From: Malacoraja senta
Lineage: Eukaryota
Direction of reading: 5' to 3'
Assembly (NCBI GenBank): GCA_038087875.1
Contig: CM075984.1
Location: 4,402,001 to 4,466,000, forward strand
Length of the DNA stretch: 64,000 nucleotides
Made by a program: the position numbers and the translations under genes. A model generated the notes under the pieces. That model ran no database searches and had not been told where the DNA came from. It was given only the letters and a program-made list of their open reading frames with translations. Below, one piece after another: positions 23,590-34,700 of the stretch; positions within the stretch are counted from its first letter, which is position 1, and each line of letters begins with the position of its first letter.

Positions 23590-24812
23590 ACATGTTGGTG
23601 AGTTTGCTATTGCATCATGTCTGTCTCTGTGGACCAAACTAATATGCCATTTAGCTCAGGGATTTCTATCAATGATACCATTTCAGTCCTATGAGATCTA
23701 GCTTGTTGGGTTACTACTGAATAGGAAGTACTGTTGAAGATGATCCTCTCCTATGTTCCAGTTTCTGGATATGCATCATGGTCAACGTCATCTGATAGAT
23801 GGCAGATTTGCAACAAGAGTGCAGAAAATATCAGATATTATAACTGACCATACTGTCTGCCCTTAAATCTCCTTCTTAGATGAAAATAATTAATTCCTGT
23901 TTCTCATGTCTCAATTAGTGCTTGAAGAGTGATTAGAATCATGTTCCCATACTTTGGCTTTGCCAGCCCCTTGATAATTGTTTTATTTGGTGATTTAGTG
24001 CATTTCACCCATGATTAGTTTACTGAATACAATTTCAGCTTTGTGGTAATTACATCAGAAAATGGTTTTGGTGCCAAAAGAACTCTTGTACTTGGTTGCT
24101 AAACAGACAGACATGTTAACTCTGGGAGATCACAACCCATGAAGTAAGCTCAAACAAATAATTATTGGATCACATTTTGTTGAAAGTGTAACCACGTCTT
24201 AATGGTACACACCATGCTTAGTGTAGGTAGCAACTTGCACAAAACAGATATATAACTACAAATTATGGATCACGACTTTGAAGATCTTTTGCACAGTCAC
24301 AATACCCAGAAATAACCTTCTGATTTTCATGAGGATGATCCATCTGCTCAGAACTCTTCATAGATTAAATTCTGCAGTTAAAAGCGTACATACTCTTTCA
24401 GAGATTTACTTATAATTTGACTTTTTCTTTCTTTCATTTTCTTTCTGTCTTAATCTTAACACTGAATTTGCCGCGTGTAATCTCTCTGCATTTCAGTCTG
24501 TGACCTGTTTATTTCTCAGTCTGTAAATCACATTGAGAAAGGAGATACTATCATCGTTGCATTGTTCACCAAGGTTAAAGATGCCATTGCTGTCACTTCA
24601 CTGCTATCAGCTTACACCACTGACAACTTTAGGCAGAAAATTAATAACATCTAAAAGTATACAAGTTGTCCTGATGGCCCAACCCAGCAAAATCCAGCCC
24701 TACGGTTCTATGTGAGTAGAAATTGAAAATCCAAATTACTTTCTTTTAAATGCATTATTACCAGTTCTATTAAATAATGGTTGAATATTGTCAGGTGAAT
24801 AGGTGTCTGAAG

Positions 24813-24866
24813 GGGGTGGGAGATTGCAACCTTCACGTGGTCCACCCTGTTTCGACGAATGCAATC
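24813..24866 (+). ncRNA. Predicted minimal HDV/CPEB3-like self-cleaving ribozyme
   Basis: P1 GGGGUGG/CCACCCU, P2 GAUUGCA/UGCAAUC, P3 ACC/GGU, L3 UUCACGU, UUCG mini-P4, J4/2 CGAA with putative catalytic C at 24856. Confidence 0.85.
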
Positions 24867-24951
24867 AACCTGGTGTGCACAATCAAATAAGATCAAATAG
24901 AACAAGTTGTCCTGCAACTGTAGGCTGTGCACGCCATACGCAAGAAGAAGA
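24813..24951 (+). mobile_element. 139-bp non-autonomous retroelement with 5' HDV-like ribozyme (copy 2)
   Basis: TSD GTG(T/A)CTGAAG at 24803-24812 and 24952-24961. (AAG)n tail. Confidence 0.88.
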
Positions 24952-24955
24952 GTGA

Positions 24956-25174
24956 CTGAAGAAGGGTCTCGACCCAAAAAGTCACCCATTCCTTCTCTCC
25001 AGAGGTGCTGCCTGTCTCCCTGAGTTACTCCAGCATTCTGTGTCAATAGACAATAATCAATAGACAATTCAGACTCGGTCTGAAGAAGGGTTTCGGCCCA
25101 AAACGTTGCCTATTTCCTTCGCTCCATAGATGCTGCTGCACCCGCTGAGTTTATCCAGCATTTTTGTGTGCCTT
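24956..25174 (+). mobile_element. Two adjacent Penelope mini-elements (subfamily A at 24956, subfamily B at 25080)
   Basis: CTGAAGAAGGGTCTCGACCC... and CTGAAGAAGGGTTTCGGCCC..., each followed by its own pLTR tail. Confidence 0.8.
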
Positions 25175-25480
25175 AACAATCTTATATGTTTCAATGAGAT
25201 CCCCTCTCATCCTTCTAAACTCCAGAGTGTACAAGCCCAGCTGCTCCATTCTCTCAGCATATGACAGTCCCGCCATCCCGGTAATTAACCTTGTAAACCT
25301 ACGCTGCACTCGCTCAATAGCAAGAATGTCCTTCCTCAAATTAGGGGACCAAAACTGCACACAATACTCCAGGTGTGGTCTCACTAGGGCGCTGTACAAC
25401 TGCAGAAGGACCTCTTTGCTCCTATATTCGATTCCTCTTGTTATAAAGGCCAACATGTCATTCGCTTTCTTCACTGCCTC
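25171..25480 (-). mobile_element. CR1 ORF2 C-terminal fragment
   Basis: KKANDMLAFI...LVRPHLEYCVQFWSP...RGDLIETYK. Confidence 0.88.
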
Positions 25481-25575
25481 ACTGCCTGCTGTATATCTAT
25501 TGAATATTCAACCATTTCTCGTAACCGAGGAATGGTCTCCTAAGCAAAATGCCAGAGAGCTACAACAGACCTTGA

Positions 25576-25880
25576 TTTAGACTTTAGAGATAGAGCTCAG
25601 ATGCAGGCCCTTTGGCCCACCGAGTCTGCATCAACTAGCGATTACCCCTACACTAACACTATCCTACACACTAGGGGCAATATGCAATTTTACTGAAACC
25701 AATTAACCTAAAAACCTGTACGTCTTTGAATAAGGGAGGAAACCGGAGCACCCAGAGAAAACCCATGCGGTCACAGGGAGTATGTACAAACTCCGTAAAG
25801 ACAGCACCTGTAGTCAGGATCGAACCCGAGTATGTAGTGCTGTAAGGCAGCAACTCTACCACTGTGCCACCATGCTGCCC
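25576..25880 (-). mobile_element. HE1-like V-SINE, full length
   Basis: A box TGGCACAGTGG, B box GGTTCGATCC, core gggtgctccggtttcctccc, CR1-type tail. Confidence 0.87.
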
Positions 25881-26329
25881 TAGGACAGAACCGCTGAAGG
25901 AAGCATCATGAGAGCAGAAAGAGTGTGGAGTTATAATTACATATTGTATCAAGCGACAGCAGGCATTATATGTCACTACCTCAATGTTACCAATCATCTC
26001 AAGAGGATGATGATTGAGAACTGAAATTTGGTTAGGAACCATTACATCAAATTACCTTGAGTCTGCCACACAGAGTAACATTGAGCACATTCTGTGTTCA
26101 TGGTAAACTTCACACACCAAGCTTTCTCCCAATTTATCTACCTCTGCACAGCCATTCCTATTTCCATCTATTCTTTTCTCCATCAAGTAGGCCTCAACTA
26201 TCCCTAAATGCATCAAGGCTATTTGCTTCAACCACTCCACATGGCATGAAGTGGGGAGGCAATATCTGATCTCTTGCTGTCTCTCGCTATCCAGTCAACT
26301 CATTACTGTACAATCAAGCCGTACACGAG

Positions 26330-26900
26330 TACAACAGGTAGTGTAATGAAAAACAGAATGCAGAATATATTACCACAGCATTATAGTATTACAGTAACAC
26401 AGAGAAAGTCCAAGGACTGTAATGAGGTAAATTGGAAGATCGGAAATACGCCCCAGCTTATGTGAGGACTGTTCAGTGGCCTGATATTAGTAGGGAAGAA
26501 GCTGTTCCTGAATCTGATGGTACATGCTTTTTGTCTCTGCTGGCTGATGGGAGAGGGGAGAAGAGGGAAGGTCCAGGGTGAAAATTCTTGACTATGTTGG
26601 CTGCATTTTCAAGGCACCATGAAGTGTAGATGGAGTTCATGGTAGGGAGGCTGGTCTGTGTGATGAACTGGATTACATCCAAAACGCTCAGCAATTTCTT
26701 GTGGTCTTGGTAAGAGCTGTTCCCAAACCAAGCTGCAGTGCATCCCAGTAGGATGATTTCCAGTAGAAGTTGGTAAGTAGAAGTTGGTAAGAGTCACTGA
26801 ATACATGCCAAACTTTCTTAGTCTTCTGAAGAAGTAGAGGCATAGATGTGCTTTCTAGGCCGTAGCTTCAATGCCATTAATCAAGGACAAATTGTTGATG
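26330..26900 (-). mobile_element. Old Rex1-like 3' fragment
   Basis: SIYTSWCLENAANIVK..HPGPSLFSPLPS resembles the Rex1 C-terminus at 3381-4190. Confidence 0.7.
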
Positions 26901-26901
26901 T

Positions 26902-27390
26902 TTAAGAAGGAACTGCAGATGCTGGAAAATTGAAGGTAGACAAAAGTGCTGGAGAAACTTCGCATCTATGGAGCGAAGGAAATAGGCAACGTTTCGGACC
27001 GAAACCCTTCTTCAGACTGATGTAGGGTGGGGGGTTGGGGGGGGGGGGTGGGGAGAAGAAAGGAGAAAGGAAGAGGAGGAGCCCGAGGGCTGAGGGAGAG
27101 CTGAGAAGGGGAGGAGACAGCAAGGGCTACCGGAAATTGGAGAAGTCAATGTTTAAGCCGCTGGGGTGCAGACTGCCCAAGCGGAATATGAGTTGCTGCT
27201 CCCTCCAATTTCTGGTGGTGCTCACTCTGGCCATGGAGGAGGCCCAGGACAGAAAGGTCGGATTCGGAACATCGCTGAGACCAAGCAAAGGCTTGGCGAT
27301 CGTTTTGCCGAACATCGGTCCGCATTAACCAACCTGATCTCCCGGTGGCTCAGCACTTCAACTCCCCTTCCCATTCCGAATCCAACCTTT
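26902..27390. mobile_element. Penelope-like subfamily B inverted composite
   Basis: Minus pLTR plus EQQLIFRLGSLHPSGLNIDFSNFR, abutting a plus-strand ETKQRLGDRFAEH. Confidence 0.85.
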
Positions 27391-27923
27391 GTTCAGGAGT
27401 CTGTGTCTGTGTTCAGGAGCTTTGAGGTTTGGGACCATTTCCCGCCTCTTCTGCTATTTTTCCGTACCAAGTGAAGATTGTTGTCGAACATCAAACTATG
27501 GCAATCATTTCAAAATGTAGCCATAGTTTTTCTTGTCTTTCTTCACTGGTATTGAAGAATATGCTTGCTGCTATTTGTAATGTATTTTGGGTTGGATCTA
27601 GAGTATAATGCAAGAGCTGCAGACATTAAACACAATGTCTAGAGGGCATTGTGAGCTTCAAAACAAACGAGTGTACATTTTGTTTCCACGCTGTTTCTCT
27701 GAACTCTAAACCCTATACACCCTTTGTATGGTGTATGGCTAGTTTATATATAATATGTGCTTTGTGCTTCACCCTGCTACTCCACTATCTTAGTCATAAA
27801 TTCAGTAAATTCAACTTCTTCCTTGAACAGTACTGCACCTGCCAACATCAGTCTCTTGTGATCTCCAATTCTCTTTGTCCCATCACTGGTGACGTATCTT
27901 TCCAGGAACTGTTGTATTTGTAA

Positions 27924-28046
27924 AGGGCCTGTCCCACTAACGTGACTTTTCAGCGACTGTCTTCGACCTTCAAGCTCGAGGGCACTCGCCTGAAAAACCT
28001 CGAGCTGGATCGACCGTCAGCGATGAAACCGCGAGCTGGATCGACC

Positions 28047-28082
<36 letters not shown>

Positions 28083-28780
28083 CACACACACACACACAAC
28101 CACATTGCAAAGGCGGGGGCCAGGAAAGTGGGGGAGCGCTGTCTGAAATTCACACCCGCGATGAACAGGAAGGTAAAAGACGGCTGCCACAGTGTACGGT
28201 AAGTCNNNNNNNNNNNNNNNNNNNNNNNNNNNNNNNNNNNNNNNNNNNNNNNNNNNNNNNNNNNNNNNNNNNNNNNNNNNNNNNNNNNNNNNNNNNNNNN
28301 NNNNNNNNNNNNNNNNNNNNNNNNNNNNNNNNNNNNNNNNNNNNNNNNNNNNNNNNNNNNNAGGAGTGGAGACACTTTTTAGAAGCCAGACAACTTTTAA
28401 TAAAGTATAGCGGGCATTTAAATTACCGGTCGGTTTTCCTTGGTCTTGAAAACTCCATTGAGCCAATTAAAATGCCCGGTCAGCAAAGGAGATTGCCTTC
28501 GGCTACCCTCGACTGCCTATAACTACATAGCGACCCCACTTCACTGCACTACGAGTTCAAAAGAACCATGCCGACCAATTTTTACTCCAGGAAAATGTTT
28601 CAGCATGCTGAAAAATTTTCCACAACCAAACTGAGGCCGCGAGTATGCGAGAACTTCCCTCGAGCATGAAGGAGAATTCCAGTGACCTCCTAGGACCACG
28701 TGTCGATCGTGCTGCGAGTTTGAGTCGAGGGCAAACTCGTCCAAACTCACAGATTAGGTCGCCGCAGTGGGACAGGCCCT
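27924..28780. mobile_element. PIF/Harbinger-type non-autonomous element (contains (CA)n and an N gap)
   Basis: TIR AGGGCCTGTCCCACT. TAA TSD at 27921-27923 and 28781-28783. Confidence 0.88.
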
Positions 28781-29894
28781 TAAGGATTAGTTATCTTTTA
28801 AGAATTGAGTGAATCACAAGGTGTTATATTTGATACATTATTGTACCAGATACTGTTGTGAGTTAACTGTTGTCAATAAAGGATATTGTATTGGACGCTC
28901 AATGCTGTATTGGAGGCACTTTGTTACTCATCTTAATAATCAAAGAACTATGGACACTATATACTAAAATCTGAAACTGTCTCAGATCCTCTANNNNNNN
29001 NNNNNNNNNNNNNNNNNNNNNNNNNNNNNNNNNNNNNNNNNNNNNNNNNNNNNNNNNNNNNNNNNNNNNNNNNNNNNNNNNNNNNNNNNNNNNNNNNNNN
29101 NNNNNNNNNNNNNNNNNNNNNNNNNNNNATTTAAAAATAGCAGAGCAGACATATTTTTCTTGGAGTTTAGAAGAACAAGAGATGATCACAACACCATGAG
29201 GAGGGAAACATTTGAGGGGAAAAAGGAGCATGAAATGCAGTGAAAGTTCTTTCAGATTCTCCTGATTTTCTCTCTGAAACACATCTGCTGACAGGGAAAT
29301 CATATAAAAAGATAGACCTTAAATTGATTTTATTTCAAAGGCGAGTGCACGTACAATTCCTTTTCCTTTGGCTTTTTCCTCTTGCACCTGCAACACCTGA
29401 GAGAAAGCAACAGTCAAAAGAAATTACCATACGGTGACCAGGCAACAGGAACAGCCTCGAAGACTATAGTTGTGCCCAGGATGCATTCAGAGAACTCTTT
29501 TGTTACGGTGAAAGGCAGTAGACAAGGCAACTGTCATTTTAAAAGCTGATCCTCATTCTGTCAGTAACAGCATTGGATGAAAGCATCCGAGAAGCACAGC
29601 TGAGCATTTAAAGCTGAGATTTAACAGCACCAATAGATACATGTACCCACTCCAGTGTATGGGATTATGACCATTGCATTACTGGGTGCTCAAGTGGAAA
29701 TTACTTTGCATTCTTAACAATCAAGGTAATTAAACATGATGAGCATTGGCTTCAATGATTAATTTGGTGAAGAAAATGAACTGTGTTTCTTTGTATAAAT
29801 ACTCAGCTGGTGAGACAGCATCTGTGGAGAGAGAAATCTAAAATGTTAACTCTAATTCTCTCTTCACATTTGTTTCTGACTTGCTGCGATTTAT

Positions 29895-30282
29895 GTGTAG
29901 GGAGGACACAAATGCTGGAGTAACTCAACGGGACAGGCAGCATCTCAGGAGAGAAGGAATGGGTGACGTTAATAGACAATAGACAATAGGTGCAGGAGTA
30001 GGCCATTCGGCCCTTCGAGCCATTCAATGTGATCATGGCTGATCATCCCCAATCAGTACCCCGTTCCTGCCTTATCCCCTGACTCCGCTATTTTTAAGAG
30101 CCCTCGCTAGCTCTCTCTTGAAAGCATCCAGAGAACCTGCCTCCACCGCCCTCTGAAGAAGGGTCTCGACCCAAAACATCACCTATTCCTTCTCTCCAGA
30201 GATGCTGCCTGTCCCGCTGAGTTACTCCAACATTTTGTGTCTACCTTCGATTTAAACCAGCATCTGCAGTTCTTTCCTACAC
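29895..30282. mobile_element. Inverted Penelope pLTR pair with a CR1 3' tail (minus, ~29970-30152) between the arms
   Basis: The minus arm ends at gggtgacgtt and the plus arm starts at CTGAAGAAGGG (30153). Confidence 0.78.
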
Positions 30283-30731
30283 AGACATTCTATAATTTGG
30301 CAGAAGCTTTGCTATAACACGATGTAGTGAGCTTGTGTTTGACTAATTTCATTGACACCAGAAATCCCTTTGACATACTTGCGTTTGTGTCTACAACTAG
30401 GCTGTGATGGCTTTTTCTTCACGATTGACAAGGACAGTAATCACAAATATCTTCTTTGTGCGAACACAGCCAGTGACCACTCTAAATACAAGACCATTCT
30501 CTTATAAATATCACTTGTATCTAACCAAATTATATCTGTGCAATTGACGAGATGATTTAATTGGGGGAAATAGATGGTGTCCAGCCTAAAACCACAATAC
30601 TGGTGAATTTTCACAGGTTTGAGGCATCAAAAGCCCTGGCCTTGTGCATTCTTATAGACATCCTTTGCATTTAAAATTGTCTGTTGCCGTTTTTTGCTGA
30701 CAGTATAGCAGGAGATATTGTAGGTATGGCA

Positions 30732-31052
30732 TTAGTTTTAGCTTAGTTTAGTTTAGTTTGGAGATGCAGCGCGGAAACAGGCCCTTTAGCCCACCGAGAC
30801 CAGCAATCCCCACACATTAACACAGTCCTACACACACTAGGGACAATTTGATAAACATACACCAAGCCAATTAACATTCCTGTACGTCTTTAGAGTGTGG
30901 GAGGAAACCGAAGATCTCGGAGAAAACCCACGCGGTCACGGGGAGAACGTGCAAACTCCGCACAGACAGCACCCGTAGTCGTGATCGAAACCGGGTCTCC
31001 GGTGCTGCAAGCGCTGTAAGGCAGCAACTCTACCGCTACGCCCATGCCACCC
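30732..31052 (-). mobile_element. HE1-like V-SINE
   Basis: tRNA-like head, V-domain core, (CTAAA)n tail. Confidence 0.87.
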
Positions 31053-31589
31053 ATTAGCTCTTGACGAACGTATTTAGAAATATATAAACTCCGCAGGGGA
31101 GACAGTTTTGAAGGAAGCATCAATGATGTTTCCAGGGTGATGTTTCCAGGGAACTCATGAAATCTTAGCAAAGAAGGAAAAAATATAAAATTAAATGTTC
31201 TCCTTAAAAGTTACTGTCAGCTACTGAATTTTATTCTTTCAGCATAACTGATCTTTTCCATGTCCACCGAGGATTCTTATAAATCAGTCGTGCTAATAAT
31301 CCAGTTATACTTGAAGCAAGGTTTTCTAGAAGGAGCCCACTGTGCCCACATGATAGGACAGGACTCATTTGTAAGGACGTAAGGCCAGTGCTTTCCACTC
31401 CTCCTATCCCTTTCCATTGATAGCCTGTCCTCCATCTTTACATTTCACTTTCCTCTTCTTTCCTTACCTAACACGCGTTTATCTCTAGCCTTGGTTAGCC
31501 ATCTGTCCATTGCATCAACAGACGCTGCCTGCCCCATTGAGTTCCTTTAGCACCCTGTTTCTTTGCTCAATTGTTCCTTTACTTTAGAG

Positions 31590-31770
31590 TCATAGCTTCA
31601 TAGAGTCATACAGCGTGGAAACAGGCCCTTCAGCCCAACTTGCCCACACTGGCCAACATGTCCCAGCTACACTAGTCTCACCTGCCTGTGTTTGGTCCAT
31701 ATCCATCCAAACCTGTCCTATCCATGTACCTGCCTAATTGTTTCTTAAACGTTGCGATGGTCCCAGCCTC
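31590..31770 (-). mobile_element. CR1 3' tail fragment
   Basis: cagcgtggaaacaggcccttcagcccaac 3'UTR motif. Confidence 0.72.
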
Positions 31771-34700
31771 TGGCAGCCCTACATGTAAACCTGGGAATGC
31801 TACTGTAAATATAGGCCCAACTTGTTGTTGTAACAAACTTGATCACATGACTTCCTCTGAAGACCTCCTGCATCTACTGCTCTGCTGTCAGATTAGCTGT
31901 GAACCCAGATATTACATCCGAAGCAAAGCGGCTCCACACCGATGCTACCACTAAAGTAATAAAGGCGGCCTCAAGTGTCAAACAAGATTTGATTTATTTC
32001 TTGTTAAAACTATTTTCCAATGAGTATCACAATAACTGTAAAAAGAACCACAGAGCTTTAAGTGTTAACAAAATGTGGAAAGAGTTCAGGGTCACGCTGA
32101 GTATTCTTTGGTCTATTCAGACACATCTTATCTTGCACTCACATGCCTAATTTTTCTCTACAAAGAATAGCTCTTGCATTGAATGAGAGTCTAAGTCCGG
32201 CCCAGTGCCATCCCTCATTCAAGCTCCTTTATGCTCCTCTTTTTAAAGAAGCTGTCAAGTTCCTTTCTGTAGTTGGCAGGAAAGGCCAAATCTACAGTAC
32301 AAGGAAAGGGACAAAAAAGGAAAGTTTTTGTTGTGTTGCTATTGTACCAAGTGAGTGAAGGAGAATTTTAGAATCATGTAATTTACTCTGGAGGCATTTA
32401 CTGTACATAGCTTTAGTAATGGTAATTTCTCCTATTGTAAGACTGAAAAGATAACTATCAATCAGTTGTCAATTGGTCAATTGCTGAACTGATGAAAAGA
32501 AACAGCTAGGAACAATCACTTCTATGGCTACCTAGAGTATTCAGTGGTTTGAAGGAAAACTGGGAACTGGATTTTAGTTTTAAAAGGACTTAAAAAATTA
32601 CAATGGATCAGCCCAGAAGAAAAAAAGTGGAAAAACAAAAAAAAGGCACATAAATACAACCTACATTACTCTGAATAACAACAGAAAGAAATGTCTCGTT
32701 GTGATTTCATTTTGCTAATGTTCTATAATATAAAGGGGTGACCAATGTATATTTTACATTTGGACAAAAAAAATCGTTTACAGTATTATTAAAGAAAAAG
32801 TAAACATAGCTCTACTGCTTCAAAATTAAAATTAAAACATAAATGCTGGTGAAACACAGGCCAGAACAGAACCTGTTTGTTAGGAGAATAGGAAAGCTTA
32901 TCTTCTGATTTTATACCCTTTCAGCATGTATTATTTTTTATTATAATTTATAATTTCATAACTGCCTATTGCTGAAGGTGCTCCAGAGGGAAGCTGTCAT
33001 AAAAAATAGCATTTTACTACTCAATAAAAGCAGATATTAATACAGGAGTTGTATTCCTCCTAACTTTCCACTTGTACTTTTTGTTGTCAAAATTATGGCT
33101 TTCAAGTATTATCATTATACATCACTTGACCAAGAAGCACTCTTGTCTCTGAATCAACTTATTCAATTTAATTTTTCCATTTTTATTTTAGCAGGTTGAT
33201 ATTGATTTTGGTTCATGCTCCCTTTAGTCATTTGGATTGTTAAGAAAAAAAGGATTACTGAATAAATGGATGAATGAGATATGATCTACTTATAATCCAG
33301 CCCACGGTTTCCTAGCTACCATATTGTCTATTCTGTTCTGCTATGTGAAAAATGTTGAATATCAACAATGGGTTTCAGTGCTGTATTGTTGAGTTTTGTA
33401 TGAACTAATCTTGCTTCACTAAAAAAGACCTACAGCTTTGGAAAAAGTCTATAGCCAGTGCATTCCTAACTCCCCCTGCACTAGAGCTGGTTGTGGCTAT
33501 GAGAAGACATTTTACTCTCTCACTCTCTGTGTTTTGAAGCTTTTTTATTTTATTAATATTAGGTATTGTTTCTGCCTATGTGCTGTTGCACCTGTTAGGG
33601 CTGAGCGTCTGGGAAAATCTCTGGATCTATTTGTGGATTTAGGCCTCATGTAAATGCCTGGCTTTTAAGCAAAGGTAAGCCCTGCAAACTGTTTCCTGTC
33701 TCCAGCTGCAGCTAGGCAGTTGTCTAAAAGTTTGGACTGCAAATTCATAATTTAAAGTTATGAAAGGAATCAGGAAGTGGCTGAGGTGTATATATTAAAA
33801 GTCAAACAATGCACGAACATAACAGGTCTGTTGACTGCTCCAACCAATGTCAGTGAACGATGCGATTCTTATATTTTGCCTTCACCGATCATTTAATGAA
33901 CTTGCACCGGAATGGCAACTAATATGCAGGCATGTCCACCAAATTTATTAATGTTTATGAGGTTCTGTTTTCTAGTTGAACTATTTTTCTTGCTTATGTT
34001 TATAGTTGTGTGTATTTGTGCGGGATGTTCTGTGACTGGGCTGCTTTTGGTATATGAGTGGGTGGGGATGGGGGGGGGGATGCTTTCACCAACATTACAT
34101 ATAGGTGGGGAACTTTATAAACAGACATAAGTTATCTTAATGAATTCTGCATGGTTGCTGATGCTGAAGGAGGTGTAATTGGAAGCTGCCGAATGATTTT
34201 GTTTTCTTTCTTGATATTTGTAATCTGTGAATTAGCCAGGGCCAGTAATGCATTCAGTCGAGTGCCATCAATGTCAATTTTAGTTTATATATATATGAAA
34301 TAAGAAATGTTATTATATGTAGTATCTCCCAGTTGCTTCAAACTAAACTGAAGTATAATAAGTCTTGCTTCTTTGGACTTTAAATTGGAATGTGGAAATC
34401 TAAACGCTTAAATCAGAGAGAAAATCATGACAGGTGTCTTTCACAAGGCGCTGTTAATTTTTCTGCATACATAACATTTTATATCAACAATGATAAACAG
34501 TTTCTATAATTATATTCAAATTGCTTTTGTCAGATAAAAGCATTTGTAATGAAATGTCTGAGTATGTGTGTCAATATTAAAAGTTAGAAAATGCATTTTA
34601 CTATTCAAAGTACAGGATCATGTAGAACTGTGTGAAAGTACCCTATAACATTACTTGACTTTAACGTGTATGAACAAAATTCTGGTTCCTTCAAACTAGT

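Noticed and set aside
25780-25880. tRNA gene-like A/B boxes (also at other SINE heads)
   Set aside because: These are SINE heads followed by the V-domain and a LINE-derived tail. No complete cloverleaf is evident.
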